From a virus (lineage: Duplodnaviria; Caudoviricetes), in IMG/VR virus record IMGVR_UViG_3300020043_002687, positions 1 to 44,874 of that record: a stretch of DNA of 44,874 nt. One strand, given 5' to 3'. How positions within the stretch are numbered: position 1 is the first letter of the stretch; each line of letters opens with the position of its first letter. The translations under genes and the position numbers were made by a program. The notes under the pieces were generated by a model. The model did no database searches. It saw only the letters and a list, made by a program, of their open reading frames with translations, and was not told the origin of the DNA. Below, one piece after another: positions 7,553-17,313 of this stretch.

Positions 7553-9893
7553 CATAAACATCACCACAGACTTTTCAGAGGTCAACAACCTTAACAATGC
7601 CCTCAAGTCAACCGGGGACCTTTTTACTAAGACTGTAGACTCTCTTGTCAGGGAAGAAGCTCGTGCTAAGAGAGTTACTAAAAGGCTTGCAGACACTACT
7701 CAAGCAAACCTAGACCTTATCACTAAAGCAGATGCTCTTGTAGCTGCAAAGGTGCAACAGGAATCCCTTAAGCGTGAAAAGACACGTACCAGAGAAGCTG
7801 AACGTGCTGAGAAAGAAGCGGCTAGGCTTGTTGCAGCCGCTGATAGGATTGCTAAGGCAGAAGTCAGGGCTGCGGAAATAACTCAGGCTGCTGCACAAAA
7901 GAAAGCACTCATGTCTGCCTCTGGAAGAGCGGAAACAGGGTTTGCTCTTGGTGCGCAAAAAGCGAATGAGCTTGCACAGCAAGAAAAGGAAACTGAACGT
8001 CTGCGGCTAAGTTATGATAGGCTTTATGCAGCTTCTAGCCTCTATGAAAAACAACTCAGGGAACTGACACAAGCAGAGTCTTTAGGTGTCATATCCAAAC
8101 AGAGGTTTAATAAAGAACTAGATCAGTTGGATATGGAGCTAAAGCAGTTTCAGAATTCCTCAGAAGGGGCTATCCTAGCGAACAATAGGTTTAGCCAACA
8201 CATCAACGAGTCCTCACGTGGCCTCAATAAGTTTGGGATGTATGCCCAACAAGTTGGTTATCAAGTCGGTGACTTCTTTGTTCAAATTCAATCAGGAACA
8301 AATGTTCTTGTGGCTTTTGGACAACAAGCAACACAACTTGCAGGACTCTTCCCCGGCGTTATCGGTGCAGCCCTTGGTATTGGTATCTCTCTTGCCACAG
8401 CCCTTGGTGCAGCTTTCATGCGGTCTACTACGGAAGTAGAGAGTTCAGCAAGTCGTCAGACTTTGGCTTTGAAGAACCTGAGCGAAGCAATTGACCAAAC
8501 TAAACAGAGTCTTGATGAATATAGGTTTGGTGGTTCAGCTACAGCTTTCGCAGAGAATGAGATTAAAAACCTAGAGTCCCAAATCTCTGGGGTTGATAAC
8601 CTAATACAATCACTCACAGCTAATATCGAAAGCGCTAAAAACAGTTCAGATATTGATGCAGCTCTAATTGCAAGAGACCTCGCAGAGGCAGAGATTCAAG
8701 CACAACAAGCAGTTAAAAAAGAACTTAGTGATAAGCTTGTTGTTCTAAAAGCTCTTGAAGAAGCCCAGCGTATGTTGAATGGTGGGCTGTCTGTTGCCGC
8801 AGGCATTCAAAAAGGTCTAGTCTATGAAAAACAGCTGGAACTAAGGGCGACAAAAGAGCAAAACAATTACCTTAGTGTAATGCAACAGAATTACGCTAAG
8901 TCTCGTGTTGAAGGTGAAGCTCTTGCAGAAGCTGCTAGTAGGGCTGGTGTAGCTGCGTCTAACCTATCACATATTAGTTTTTCTAATATCTCTGGTGCAG
9001 CTACAGAAGCTTTGCGTCTTGCTGGTAACCTAGGCATTGCTTTAGATACAGCATCTCGTCTGTCTTCTTTGGGGCCACAAGGTATTGGTGGCAATGACCC
9101 AAGCGGAAAGACTTATGGTGGTCGTGGCGCTGGTCCCACACAGGGAGAGATAGTAGAAACTCGGCTAGCTGGAAGCCTTGGGTATTTTGGTATGCCGAAG
9201 GGTGGCTCTGGTGGAGGTTCTGGTGGAGGCGGCGGTGGTTCTGGCGGGGGAGACTCTGGCTTAGAAGCCTTGCTGACTAGCCTACAGACGGAACGGGAAG
9301 TTATTGATGAATGGTACGCTGAAAGCCAAGCCATTTTGCAAACAGCTTCTGATACAGAGTTGCAGATCATTGGTGGTAGTCATGAAGCGAAACTTCGGCT
9401 AGAGCAAGAATATCAAGATAAACTCAAAGGCATCCGTGATGCAGGTAGCTCTGGGGCTTTGGGAGATGCTGAAATCTTCTTTGGGGGTATGGCAGATATT
9501 GCAAAAGCTGGCGGGGATAAAACTGTTAAAGCAATGCGTATCTTTAGTGCTGCCCAAGCCTTGATCAACTCCTATGTAGCCTTTACTGAAGTCCTGAAAG
9601 ACCCCTCCTTTATTGGGCGTCCTTGGGCTAGGTTTGGGGCTGCTGCTAGTGCCTTGTCTAGTGGTCTTGCTGCTGTGTCTGCAATTAAAGGTGGTTCTGG
9701 TGGTGGCGGTGGTATTTCCCGTGGGTCTGCTGCTGTAGCTTCCCCTAGCGCCTCTAGCCCTGCACCACAGACTGTCTTCATTGATAGTCTTGATCCTGAT
9801 GGTCTATACAGCGGACAGGCTCTTATCAACCTGTTTGATGCTTTCTATGATGAGAATGACAAGCGCGGTAAGGTGTTTGTCGTAGCGAGGTAA
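7545..9893 (+). CDS. Tape measure protein
   Basis: 782 aa, helical; QQVGYQVGDFFVQIQSGT..LVAFGQQA.QL motif; Gly-rich linkers. Confidence 0.9.
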   Translation: MADINITTDFSEVNNLNNALKSTGDLFTKTVDSLVREEARAKRVTKRLADTTQANLDLITKADALVAAKVQQESLKREKTRTREAERAEKEAARLVAAADRIAKAEVRAAEITQAAAQKKALMSASGRAETGFALGAQKANELAQQEKETERLRLSYDRLYAASSLYEKQLRELTQAESLGVISKQRFNKELDQLDMELKQFQNSSEGAILANNRFSQHINESSRGLNKFGMYAQQVGYQVGDFFVQIQSGTNVLVAFGQQATQLAGLFPGVIGAALGIGISLATALGAAFMRSTTEVESSASRQTLALKNLSEAIDQTKQSLDEYRFGGSATAFAENEIKNLESQISGVDNLIQSLTANIESAKNSSDIDAALIARDLAEAEIQAQQAVKKELSDKLVVLKALEEAQRMLNGGLSVAAGIQKGLVYEKQLELRATKEQNNYLSVMQQNYAKSRVEGEALAEAASRAGVAASNLSHISFSNISGAATEALRLAGNLGIALDTASRLSSLGPQGIGGNDPSGKTYGGRGAGPTQGEIVETRLAGSLGYFGMPKGGSGGGSGGGGGGSGGGDSGLEALLTSLQTEREVIDEWYAESQAILQTASDTELQIIGGSHEAKLRLEQEYQDKLKGIRDAGSSGALGDAEIFFGGMADIAKAGGDKTVKAMRIFSAAQALINSYVAFTEVLKDPSFIGRPWARFGAAASALSSGLAAVSAIKGGSGGGGGISRGSAAVASPSASSPAPQTVFIDSLDPDGLYSGQALINLFDAFYDENDKRGKVFVVAR

Positions 9894-9894
9894 A

Positions 9895-10689
9895 ATGACT
9901 ATTGTTATCACAAACACCCCGACTAGCAATGATAGTCTGCCCACTGTCTTGTTTGACAATCTGTTCCTCGATGGAACCTTAAGTGCGTCTACAGAGGCAG
10001 TGGGCTACCCTAAAGAGAGTGCAGTTTCTGAGAACACTAACAAATCTTGGAAACCAACTGCCCTTCCTGCTAACCTCAAAGTGGACCTTGGTGTGGCAAC
10101 TGCTGTAGATTCTTTTGCAGTGGTTGCCCACAACTGCGGTACAAACGGTAATACTGTAGCTCTACAGTCTTCTACAGATAACACCACTTGGACCACTCGT
10201 TGTACTGTCGTACCTACAGATGATACAACTATTCTGGGTATGTTCACTTCTATCTCAGCTAGGTATTGGCGTATCCTTATCAGCAATGGGACTGTGCCTA
10301 ATATTGGTGTAGCTATCTTAGCCCAAAGATTTAACTTCCCGGCTGGGGTAAAAGCACCCTACACGCCTGTCTGGTTGTCCCAACAATACGAACTGCTAAC
10401 GGCTACAACTCTGGGTGGGCAATTCCTTGGAAATAAGGTGCTTCGTCAAGGTGGACGTACAGCTATCAACTTGGTTTCTTTTGACCGTGATTTTGCTGAA
10501 ACTGACCTGACTGACTTCCGTCTTCACTACAATGCAGGTAAGGCTTTTGTATGGGCCGCTGGACCTGCTATCTTCTCAAAGGATGTAGGTTATGTTTGGA
10601 GGACAGATAGTTCTCTGATGACCCCGACATTTGATGAGAACGGTAGTTGGATGAGTGTCACTATGGAGGTAGACGCTTATGGCGAATAG
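9895..10689 (+). CDS. Distal tail protein with a discoidin/carbohydrate-binding-like region
   Basis: Follows tape measure; L.VDLG.A..VD...LQSSTDN..WT...ARYWRI. Confidence 0.6.
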   Translation: MTIVITNTPTSNDSLPTVLFDNLFLDGTLSASTEAVGYPKESAVSENTNKSWKPTALPANLKVDLGVATAVDSFAVVAHNCGTNGNTVALQSSTDNTTWTTRCTVVPTDDTTILGMFTSISARYWRILISNGTVPNIGVAILAQRFNFPAGVKAPYTPVWLSQQYELLTATTLGGQFLGNKVLRQGGRTAINLVSFDRDFAETDLTDFRLHYNAGKAFVWAAGPAIFSKDVGYVWRTDSSLMTPTFDENGSWMSVTMEVDAYGE

Positions 10690-12451
10690 AGAACCAATCC
10701 AGTATGTTGAGATTGATGTAGACTATTGTACTCAAACCTATGGTTCAAGCCCTTGTCTTGCTGCCCTAGGGACTACCGGGACTAAGAAGTGCTTTAACAC
10801 CTATTCAACTTGCCAGTTCAAAAGTGCTTATGTCAAGAGTGTCAAAACTCTGACCTTCATAAACAATCGGGCTAACCTGCCTAAAGACATGTTGGCTTAT
10901 CCTGTCCTAGAAGAGCGTGGCATATCTGCATTCTCTAGCACTGTGAATATCGCTGGTAGTGATCCTCGTATGTCTGCTTTTGGACGTAGGGCCACTGTAG
11001 CTGTTAAACTAGCTGACTTTGTAGATGATGATCTGGGTTTTGATAAGTATCAAACACAGCGTGTTAGTGGTGCAGCTCAACTCTCTGCTATAGGCTACAA
11101 CCCTGTTGAGTTTGGTACTTTCTTTACCAGACTTAAAGCCCGTTGGCCCTACTATGCTGGTCGTCCCCTTCGTGTGGTTGATGGGTTTATTGATGGGGGT
11201 GTCCTGACAATTGACCAAACCAGACACTTCATCATCACTAACATTGTGGGTCCAGATAGCAGTGGCAAAGTCACTATTGAGGGTAAGGATATTCTAGCCC
11301 TTGCTGACGACAAGAAGGCCCTAGCACCTAAGCCCTCTCGTGGCAAGCTTGATCGTGACATTGACCTTGTAGGCACAACCTTTGCCCTTACTCCTGCTGG
11401 TATTGGGTCTGAATACCCCACTTCTGGTATGGCTAGTATTGGCTCTGAAGTTGTTCCGTATACACGAGTATCAGACACTATTACCCTAACTGGTAGGGGT
11501 GTCAAGGGGACTATTGCAGCTACACACTCTTTGGGGGATTCATTCCAAGAGGCAATTAACCTAGAGGGTGCTAGAATTGATGATACAATCTACAGCCTCC
11601 TTGTAGACTATGCTAAGGTCAACTCTAGCTTCTGCCCTCTGGTAGCTGAATGGGAACCAGAGATTACTAAGTGGATGAGCAGTGTTGTCTTGGACACTGT
11701 GATCACCAAACCTACTGGTGTAGCCCAATTACTTGGTGAATTGGCTGACTTGGGTATCTCTATCTGGTGGGATGATGTTGATCAGAAGGTAAAGGTTCTG
11801 GCTAACCACCCAGTCGGTGATGCTGTTATTACCGATATTAGTGACCGAAATAACATCAAGAAGATTGAGCAAGAGGATCAAGACGAAGATCGTATCACTC
11901 AAGTTCACTTCTATACAAAGCAGAGTGATCCTATGAAGGATTACAAGGATAAGTCCAACTACAACCAAATTCAGGTTATTGTAGATACGGATGCAGAAGG
12001 GACTAATGCCTACAACGATACTAAGGTTCGTGAGGTCTTCTGTAGGTGGCTAAACAATGGTGCTGATGCTGTGGTCAGGGTTCAGGCTCTACGGCTACTG
12101 CAACGCTTCAATACACCACCTGTACACTATACAATCACCCTTGATAGTCAAGATAGGGCCTTGGGTCTTACTGATGTGTTGAGGCTAGATAGTCGTGTAG
12201 CTACAGATGATGCTGGTTTACCTGTCCAAAGACTTCTACAAGTTTATCGTAAAGAAGAAACCCGGTCAGGGCATGAACTAAAAATATCTGCACAAGCCTT
12301 TATCTATGAGGGTCGCTACGGGTACATCATGCCTAATGGTAGCCCTGTCTATGGTTCTGCCACACAAGAACAGAAAGATACGGGGGTCTTCATGGTAGAC
12401 GGCACAACCCTAGTTTTTGCGGATGGAACTGGCCCCTATGTATTTATCTAA
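10679..12451 (+). CDS. Tail hub/tip protein
   Basis: 590 aa; Cys cluster (YC..TYG..PC.A...KCFNT..TC); position. Confidence 0.65.
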   Translation: MANREPIQYVEIDVDYCTQTYGSSPCLAALGTTGTKKCFNTYSTCQFKSAYVKSVKTLTFINNRANLPKDMLAYPVLEERGISAFSSTVNIAGSDPRMSAFGRRATVAVKLADFVDDDLGFDKYQTQRVSGAAQLSAIGYNPVEFGTFFTRLKARWPYYAGRPLRVVDGFIDGGVLTIDQTRHFIITNIVGPDSSGKVTIEGKDILALADDKKALAPKPSRGKLDRDIDLVGTTFALTPAGIGSEYPTSGMASIGSEVVPYTRVSDTITLTGRGVKGTIAATHSLGDSFQEAINLEGARIDDTIYSLLVDYAKVNSSFCPLVAEWEPEITKWMSSVVLDTVITKPTGVAQLLGELADLGISIWWDDVDQKVKVLANHPVGDAVITDISDRNNIKKIEQEDQDEDRITQVHFYTKQSDPMKDYKDKSNYNQIQVIVDTDAEGTNAYNDTKVREVFCRWLNNGADAVVRVQALRLLQRFNTPPVHYTITLDSQDRALGLTDVLRLDSRVATDDAGLPVQRLLQVYRKEETRSGHELKISAQAFIYEGRYGYIMPNGSPVYGSATQEQKDTGVFMVDGTTLVFADGTGPYVFI

Positions 12452-12472
12452 AGAGAGTAAGGAAACCCCGAT

Positions 12473-13075
12473 ATGACCAGTTATATTACTATCACAGATA
12501 CAGAAACTGACCCCTCTGCACCATTGACCTCTGAGCTAGCTAAGAAGTGGCGGGATAACCCTATTGCTATTGCGGAGGGTGTGACGGGTACACCTTACGT
12601 ACAAACCGGATGGCATCCCTACAATGGGGTGACTGTTGGGGATGGGGCAACAGGTACGATCTATGATTTTGCAATTGATGGGTCTGTAGCCTCAATTGAG
12701 ACTCCAAACTTCGTAGATGGTTATGAGTATATGATTACTTGGGATGCCCTTAATCAGGCAGCGAGTAATAGGTCTGTTGAGTGGTATATGGAAACATCCG
12801 CTGCGTGGAGTACACCCTTCTCAATTAGCAGCAATTCTACTGATGCTTTGATCGAAGTTTTTGCCCCTCGGCTAGTTTCAAACACCATGTTTTTTAATAT
12901 GGATTTTGCCGTAGTCCCCGGTACAAATGGCCTTGTAACACAGAGTAGTTTACCCAATAGCCACTCTCTAGCAATGACAACTGCACAAAAGGTACTAAAA
13001 GCAAGGTTTGACGCGGGTGCAAGTACTTTCAACGGAGGGTCTATTCGTATGTTTAGGCGTCGGTGCTATGCCTAA
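12473..13075 (+). CDS. Minor tail/fibre protein
   Basis: I.D.E.DP.APLTSEL....RDNPIAIAEG..G.P N-terminus. Confidence 0.55.
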   Translation: MTSYITITDTETDPSAPLTSELAKKWRDNPIAIAEGVTGTPYVQTGWHPYNGVTVGDGATGTIYDFAIDGSVASIETPNFVDGYEYMITWDALNQAASNRSVEWYMETSAAWSTPFSISSNSTDALIEVFAPRLVSNTMFFNMDFAVVPGTNGLVTQSSLPNSHSLAMTTAQKVLKARFDAGASTFNGGSIRMFRRRCYA

Positions 13076-13343
13076 GCGTGATTTTGTAAATACCTTAAAT
13101 GGAAGACGTGTCATAGAAACCCCTTTAGAATGCAGCCCTGCGCAAATGCGACTAGCCTTGCACCGTGCAGGTTTGCTTGCTACCGTACAAGCCATTGCTG
13201 ATAGTGACCCAGAGGCTTCAATCGTTTGGGAATACGCTACAGTGATTGTTCGAGATAGCCCATTCATTGTAGCCCTTGAAGCTGACTCAGGGTTTACAAG
13301 TGATGAGATTGACTCTCTTTTCCTCAGTGCCATGTCAGTCTAA
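13068..13343 (+). CDS. Tail-fibre-associated small protein
   Basis: S.AQMRLAL...GLL..V...WEYA....RDSP......EID.LF; ATG 13068 preferred. Confidence 0.6.
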   Translation: MPKRDFVNTLNGRRVIETPLECSPAQMRLALHRAGLLATVQAIADSDPEASIVWEYATVIVRDSPFIVALEADSGFTSDEIDSLFLSAMSV

Positions 13344-13376
13344 TAGCTATCTAACTAAAATAAGGATGCCCTAACA

Positions 13377-13850
13377 ATGTCTATCAGGAATAAACTAGTA
13401 GTGGGGGTTACGGCGGCAGTTATAGCTACAACTACGCCATTCATTGCTAAGTGGGAAGGGTTAGAAACTACAGCCTACCGGGATATTGTTGGGGTACCAA
13501 CTGTCTGCTATGGGGAGACTAGGGGTGTTAGGATGGGGGACACCTACACCAAAGAAGAATGTTTGTCTATGCTCAATAGGGCTGTTGGGGAGTATTACAA
13601 GAACCTGCAACCCTATATGCCAAACAAGAACATCCCTGTAGGTGTCCAAGCTTCCCTACTAGAACTAGCCTATAATGTAGGTGTAGAATCTGTAGGCAAC
13701 TCAACCATGATGAAGCTAGCCAATGCCGGGAAGTACAAGGAAGCTTGTCAGCAATTGGATAGGTGGATCAAGGCTGATGGTAAGACTGTTCAAGGGCTAA
13801 AGAACCGTAGAGCTGAGAGTAAGATTGCACTCTGCCTTAAAGGCATCTGA
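13377..13850 (+). CDS. Endolysin (GH24 lysozyme, possible SAR N-terminus)
   Basis: WEG....AYRDIVGVPTVCYGET (E-D-T triad), AYNVG, GL.NRR..; weakly hydrophobic N-terminus. Confidence 0.9.
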   Translation: MSIRNKLVVGVTAAVIATTTPFIAKWEGLETTAYRDIVGVPTVCYGETRGVRMGDTYTKEECLSMLNRAVGEYYKNLQPYMPNKNIPVGVQASLLELAYNVGVESVGNSTMMKLANAGKYKEACQQLDRWIKADGKTVQGLKNRRAESKIALCLKGI

Positions 13851-13852
13851 GA

Positions 13853-14176
13853 ATGCGTATGCTGGCCCTCACACTATCTCTGCTTCTTGCGGGTTGTGGT
13901 GGTAGCCCTCTATCTCTACTGACAGGTGGTGGCCCTCGTATAGCTGCTAACACACAAGCAGGAAAAGAGAACATACAGCAAGTTGTAGCTAACCAAACTA
14001 AGACTGAAGCAGGTAGGGATGTTATTCAGCAATCCTCACCTGTAGTTGCAGAAAACATAAAAGAAGTCACCATTCAACAAACCCCCCTGTGGATGATGTT
14101 GCTTCTTATACTTGGGTGGTTATTGCCATCACCCAATGAAATCTCGAGATTTATAAGAGGGCTATTTAAGAGATGA
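13853..14176 (+). CDS. Putative unimolecular spanin
   Basis: Lipobox LLLAGC plus a C-terminal transmembrane segment (LWMMLLLILGWLL); next to the endolysin. Confidence 0.6.
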   Translation: MRMLALTLSLLLAGCGGSPLSLLTGGGPRIAANTQAGKENIQQVVANQTKTEAGRDVIQQSSPVVAENIKEVTIQQTPLWMMLLLILGWLLPSPNEISRFIRGLFKR

Positions 14177-14409
14177 ATTATTTTGAGTATATTATTGGGA
14201 GTGCAGTTGCTGCTGTATTCTCTGGTATAACTTGGCTAGTACGTAGGGTACTGACAAACGAGAAACAGATTGCCCTCCTCCAGACTGAAATCAGGTCAAG
14301 GGACGAACGGAGAGAAGAAGACCGTAGTATTATGCGGGATATTCAGACTGATCTAAAGGAAGTTAAGCGAGACATCCTAGACATCTACAAACACAACAAC
14401 CTAGAATAA
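14173..14409 (+). CDS. Putative holin/membrane protein
   Basis: One N-terminal transmembrane helix followed by a coiled coil; last gene of the lysis cassette. Confidence 0.5.
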   Translation: MNYFEYIIGSAVAAVFSGITWLVRRVLTNEKQIALLQTEIRSRDERREEDRSIMRDIQTDLKEVKRDILDIYKHNNLE

Positions 14410-14411
14410 AT

Positions 14412-14468
14412 AAAAAAGCCCCCTAGAGTCAGGATCGTTTGTCCTAGCTCTAGGGGGCTTTTTCGTTT
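14412..14468. terminator. Bidirectional intrinsic terminator where the two arms converge
   Basis: aaaaaa GCCCCCTAGAG...CTCTAGGGGGC ttttt. Confidence 0.9.
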
Positions 14469-14558
14469 GTAAAGTAGCTTTTGGGTAGGTTGTAACTTAC
14501 TCGTCAGCCATAGCCCAGATGGCCCAGACTACAAGGAAGAGGATAAACAAAGAGAGGA

Positions 14559-14762
14559 TCATACAGGTGTTCCCCAAGAGACGCACTTGTAGATGGCTTG
14601 CTCAACAGGCAGGTTGTTTTCCTTCTGTTGTGTAGCTACGCGATTAAGGATTGCCAGAGCGTCTTGTTGGCAAGATTCCTCAGTGGTGTAGACAACTGTT
14701 GAAGTAGTAGAGTAGCACTCCCCACTGAGGGGGCTACAAACAAGGAAGATTAGTGTTAGCAT
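14559..14762 (-). CDS. Small secreted/membrane hypothetical protein
   Basis: MLTLIFLVC...C...C...C pattern; start at the internal ATG. Confidence 0.55.
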   Translation of the reverse strand: MLTLIFLVCSPLSGECYSTTSTVVYTTEESCQQDALAILNRVATQQKENNLPVEQAIYKCVSWGTPV

Positions 14763-14986
14763 TCCTCTGGTCCTTTTAGTTCTGAGATCAGTCGGTCCAA
14801 GTACCAACGCGCCTTGTGGAGGTCTTCAAGGGGCTTTGCCTTGTAGCGCCATCTGTGCAAATATTTCTTACAATTCCCTTCTAGGTAGCCTGTGTAGCCT
14901 TCCCACGAGAGGTTATCCTTAAGGTATTCGATACATTCAATACCTCCATTTGAGTAGTGAGCAGGGCTGTTTACCATGTCTGTCAT
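14756..14986 (-). CDS. DUF3310-like protein
   Basis: DMVNSPAHY..GGIECI...GN..KYL.R...K....EDL.KARWYL. Confidence 0.85.
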   Translation of the reverse strand: MTDMVNSPAHYSNGGIECIEYLKDNLSWEGYTGYLEGNCKKYLHRWRYKAKPLEDLHKARWYLDRLISELKGPEEC

Positions 14987-15721
14987 TCAGAGTCCTTCCG
15001 CATCAAACGCAATAATCCATTGTTTGCAAATCTCACTACGAACAATATCATCAATGCCGAAGTCAATAATGGGGATGTTCATATTGTATTTCTTAGCCAT
15101 TTCTACACACTTAGCTAATCCACTTTTAGTTTTTCCCACTAGATCAGTTTGTTTAATATCACCATTGATCACAATACGAGAGTTTTCACCTACACGAGTA
15201 GTGAGAAGCTTAAGCTCCTCAATGGTTAGATTTTGAGCTTCGTCTACAATAATGAAAGCGTCAGACAACGTCTTGCCACGTGCTGTAGCAATTGGCTGAG
15301 CTAGAATGTTCCCATTACGCAGCCCTGATGCAACTACTCCGTGCCCCAGTTGAGCAATTAGCACATCTAACACAGGTGCAGCCCATGGGGCATTCTTCTC
15401 AGCCAAATCTCCGGGCAATGCTCCGGGGTCTTTGCCTACAGCTACAGCAGGACGCAGGATAACAATTCGTTTTACCTTACGTTGGGTGTACATATTAGCC
15501 GCTTCAGTGGCAGCGAGATAGGTTTTGCCAGTGCCTGCGTAGCCAATCACAATGACTTGGTTATGTGTACGCATGTAGCTTATCATGTCCGCTTGGTTGT
15601 CGTTCTTTGGTCTAATCGTAATGATGCGTGCCTCAGCCTCCACTTCCGCCCTACTGAAGTTAGAGCGTTCGGGACGTGCTGGTCTTTCCGTATGAGTAGG
15701 TTTATGCTTATGTCGTGCCAT
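14987..15721 (-). CDS. phoH: PhoH-like ATPase
   Basis: G.AGTGKT, RPAV, G.LPGDL.EK, RG.T, DEAQN, TRVGE, GD..QTD. Confidence 0.9.
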   Translation of the reverse strand: MARHKHKPTHTERPARPERSNFSRAEVEAEARIITIRPKNDNQADMISYMRTHNQVIVIGYAGTGKTYLAATEAANMYTQRKVKRIVILRPAVAVGKDPGALPGDLAEKNAPWAAPVLDVLIAQLGHGVVASGLRNGNILAQPIATARGKTLSDAFIIVDEAQNLTIEELKLLTTRVGENSRIVINGDIKQTDLVGKTKSGLAKCVEMAKKYNMNIPIIDFGIDDIVRSEICKQWIIAFDAEGL

Positions 15722-15735
15722 TTAGGGTACTCACT

Positions 15736-15951
15736 CTAATTGAAGATTTTCATCATGTCTTCGTAGCCACCGATGTAGTGGTTGTTATACCAAATTTGAG
15801 GAACAGTCTTTAGTCCTGCCTTACCCATGAGTTTACCAATCATAGGGTGTTCAGTATAGAGGAAAGCCTCGTAAGGCTCTCCCCTGTTGTCAAGTGCTTC
15901 CATGGCTTTGTCACACCAAGAGCAATCGTCACGGCTTAAGATGTAGAACAT
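15736..15951 (-). CDS. Glutaredoxin
   Basis: CSWC active site, TVPQIW, IGGY; next to nrdJ. Confidence 0.9.
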   Translation of the reverse strand: MFYILSRDDCSWCDKAMEALDNRGEPYEAFLYTEHPMIGKLMGKAGLKTVPQIWYNNHYIGGYEDMMKIFN

Positions 15952-16078
15952 TATTTTTCAGATTCCAACTTATCAAGCCTTTTGTCTGTATGAAGAAGCC
16001 AAAAGAAAAGACACACCCACACGAGTAAATCTACAACAGTAGAGTACATTTCAAACATCTTATTCCTTTCAAGGTTAG

Positions 16079-16107
16079 TGAGCCTTTTGTGTCCTTGCTC
16101 AGGGACA
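16079..16107 (-). other. Candidate H-type RNA pseudoknot downstream of nrdJ
   Basis: UGUCC-C-UGAGC-AA-GGACA-CAAAAG-GCUCA: two 5-bp stems. Confidence 0.55.
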
Positions 16108-16163
16108 GATGGCCTAGGTGTATAAAGGTGACGAGACCAGTACAGGGACTCTAGGGCATAAGG

Positions 16164-17140
16164 TTAGACCAAATCCACAATCTCGCAGCTTCCACCAGAG
16201 CAAGCAAAAGTGCTTGTACCTTTAGAAGTGTCTTCTGTCTCATACTCACTTAGCTTAGACCAATCAATACGAGCGGGCATAATGGCCAGAGCATCCAGAT
16301 ACTCCCGTTCGCTACATTCTTGGTAGGGTGCTTGCTGATAGCTGTGATCAGAGTGTGGCAAGAAGGACACACCAGATACTTCATCAAAGTACTTAAAGAC
16401 CCAAGCACCAACTTCCATCCATTCACTATCACGTACCGTAATTGTCACAGAAGGCTTATGCTCACACCAGTGACGCTGATAAGTCAACCACAATTCCAAC
16501 TGTTCGATAGCAGTCATATCGTTACGAGTTACTGCACCTACAGGAGACTTCATAGGGAAGCTAAAGACAGTGGTAGCATCAGGCTTCATCACATCAGGTT
16601 CACTCGGGATGCCTTGATCCTTCATAAACTGTGTCAAGGGGTCTTTGTTATCTCCACGTACAGTGCGAATATAATAGGCTGAGTGGCGAGCATGAATACC
16701 ACTAGCGCTGTCCACAAGTTGCGAGACTGTTCCGCTCGGTTTGACACATGTGATAGCAGCACTTGTAGGGATACCAAGATGTTCAGCCCACTCAGTGTTA
16801 GTAGCAATAGCGACATTCTTTAGATGCTCCAAGACTTGAGAGAGAGTCATACTTTCGTCATTAGTATAGTGGAAAGAAACACCTGCATCTTTGTCAATCT
16901 TTCCGTTCAGCAAAGGGCTATCCATAATGCCCGTCAACGAGACACCCAAAAGACGTTCTGCCTCCGTGTTATCTTTCCAGACCTTACGCAGGTAAGGGAA
17001 GTGGGTATAGGTAGACTGGATAGTGCCAAGGATTGTAGCTAGTTTTACTTTCCTTTCAAGTGTTTCGAGGGTGTCTGTTGCACGAACAACGACCTCCGTC
17101 AAATTGCAGAATTGATACGGTCGAAGAATAATTTCACTGC
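16164..17140 (-). CDS. nrdJ: Class II (AdoCbl) ribonucleotide reductase, exon 2
   Basis: Resumes as (T)GC AGT GAA ATT = CSEIILRPYQFCNLTEVVVR; contains TCVKPSGTVSQL and the C-terminal ACSGGSCEI. Confidence 0.92.
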
Positions 17141-17313
17141 CTCACACCACGGGGTTACATTAGCATACCCGCTTGTGCGCTGGACTATCGCATACACCTT
17201 TCGGTGTCCTCTCCGCTTAGTCTCTCACGCTGCCATTACGCTTGCGCCCTGTCGTCTTGCTACAGACTTCCAAGTCAATCAGGAGGGGTTTTAAATCCGC
17301 ACATTTATCGCTT
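17141..17313 (-). ncRNA. Group I self-splicing intron, 173 nt, no ORF
   Basis: 5' exon ends in U with P1 AAUCCGU/GCGGAUU (U-G at the splice site); P3, P5, P7 (GACUA/UAGUC), P8 with GAAA loop; terminal G; removal restores TNPCSE in frame. Confidence 0.9.
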
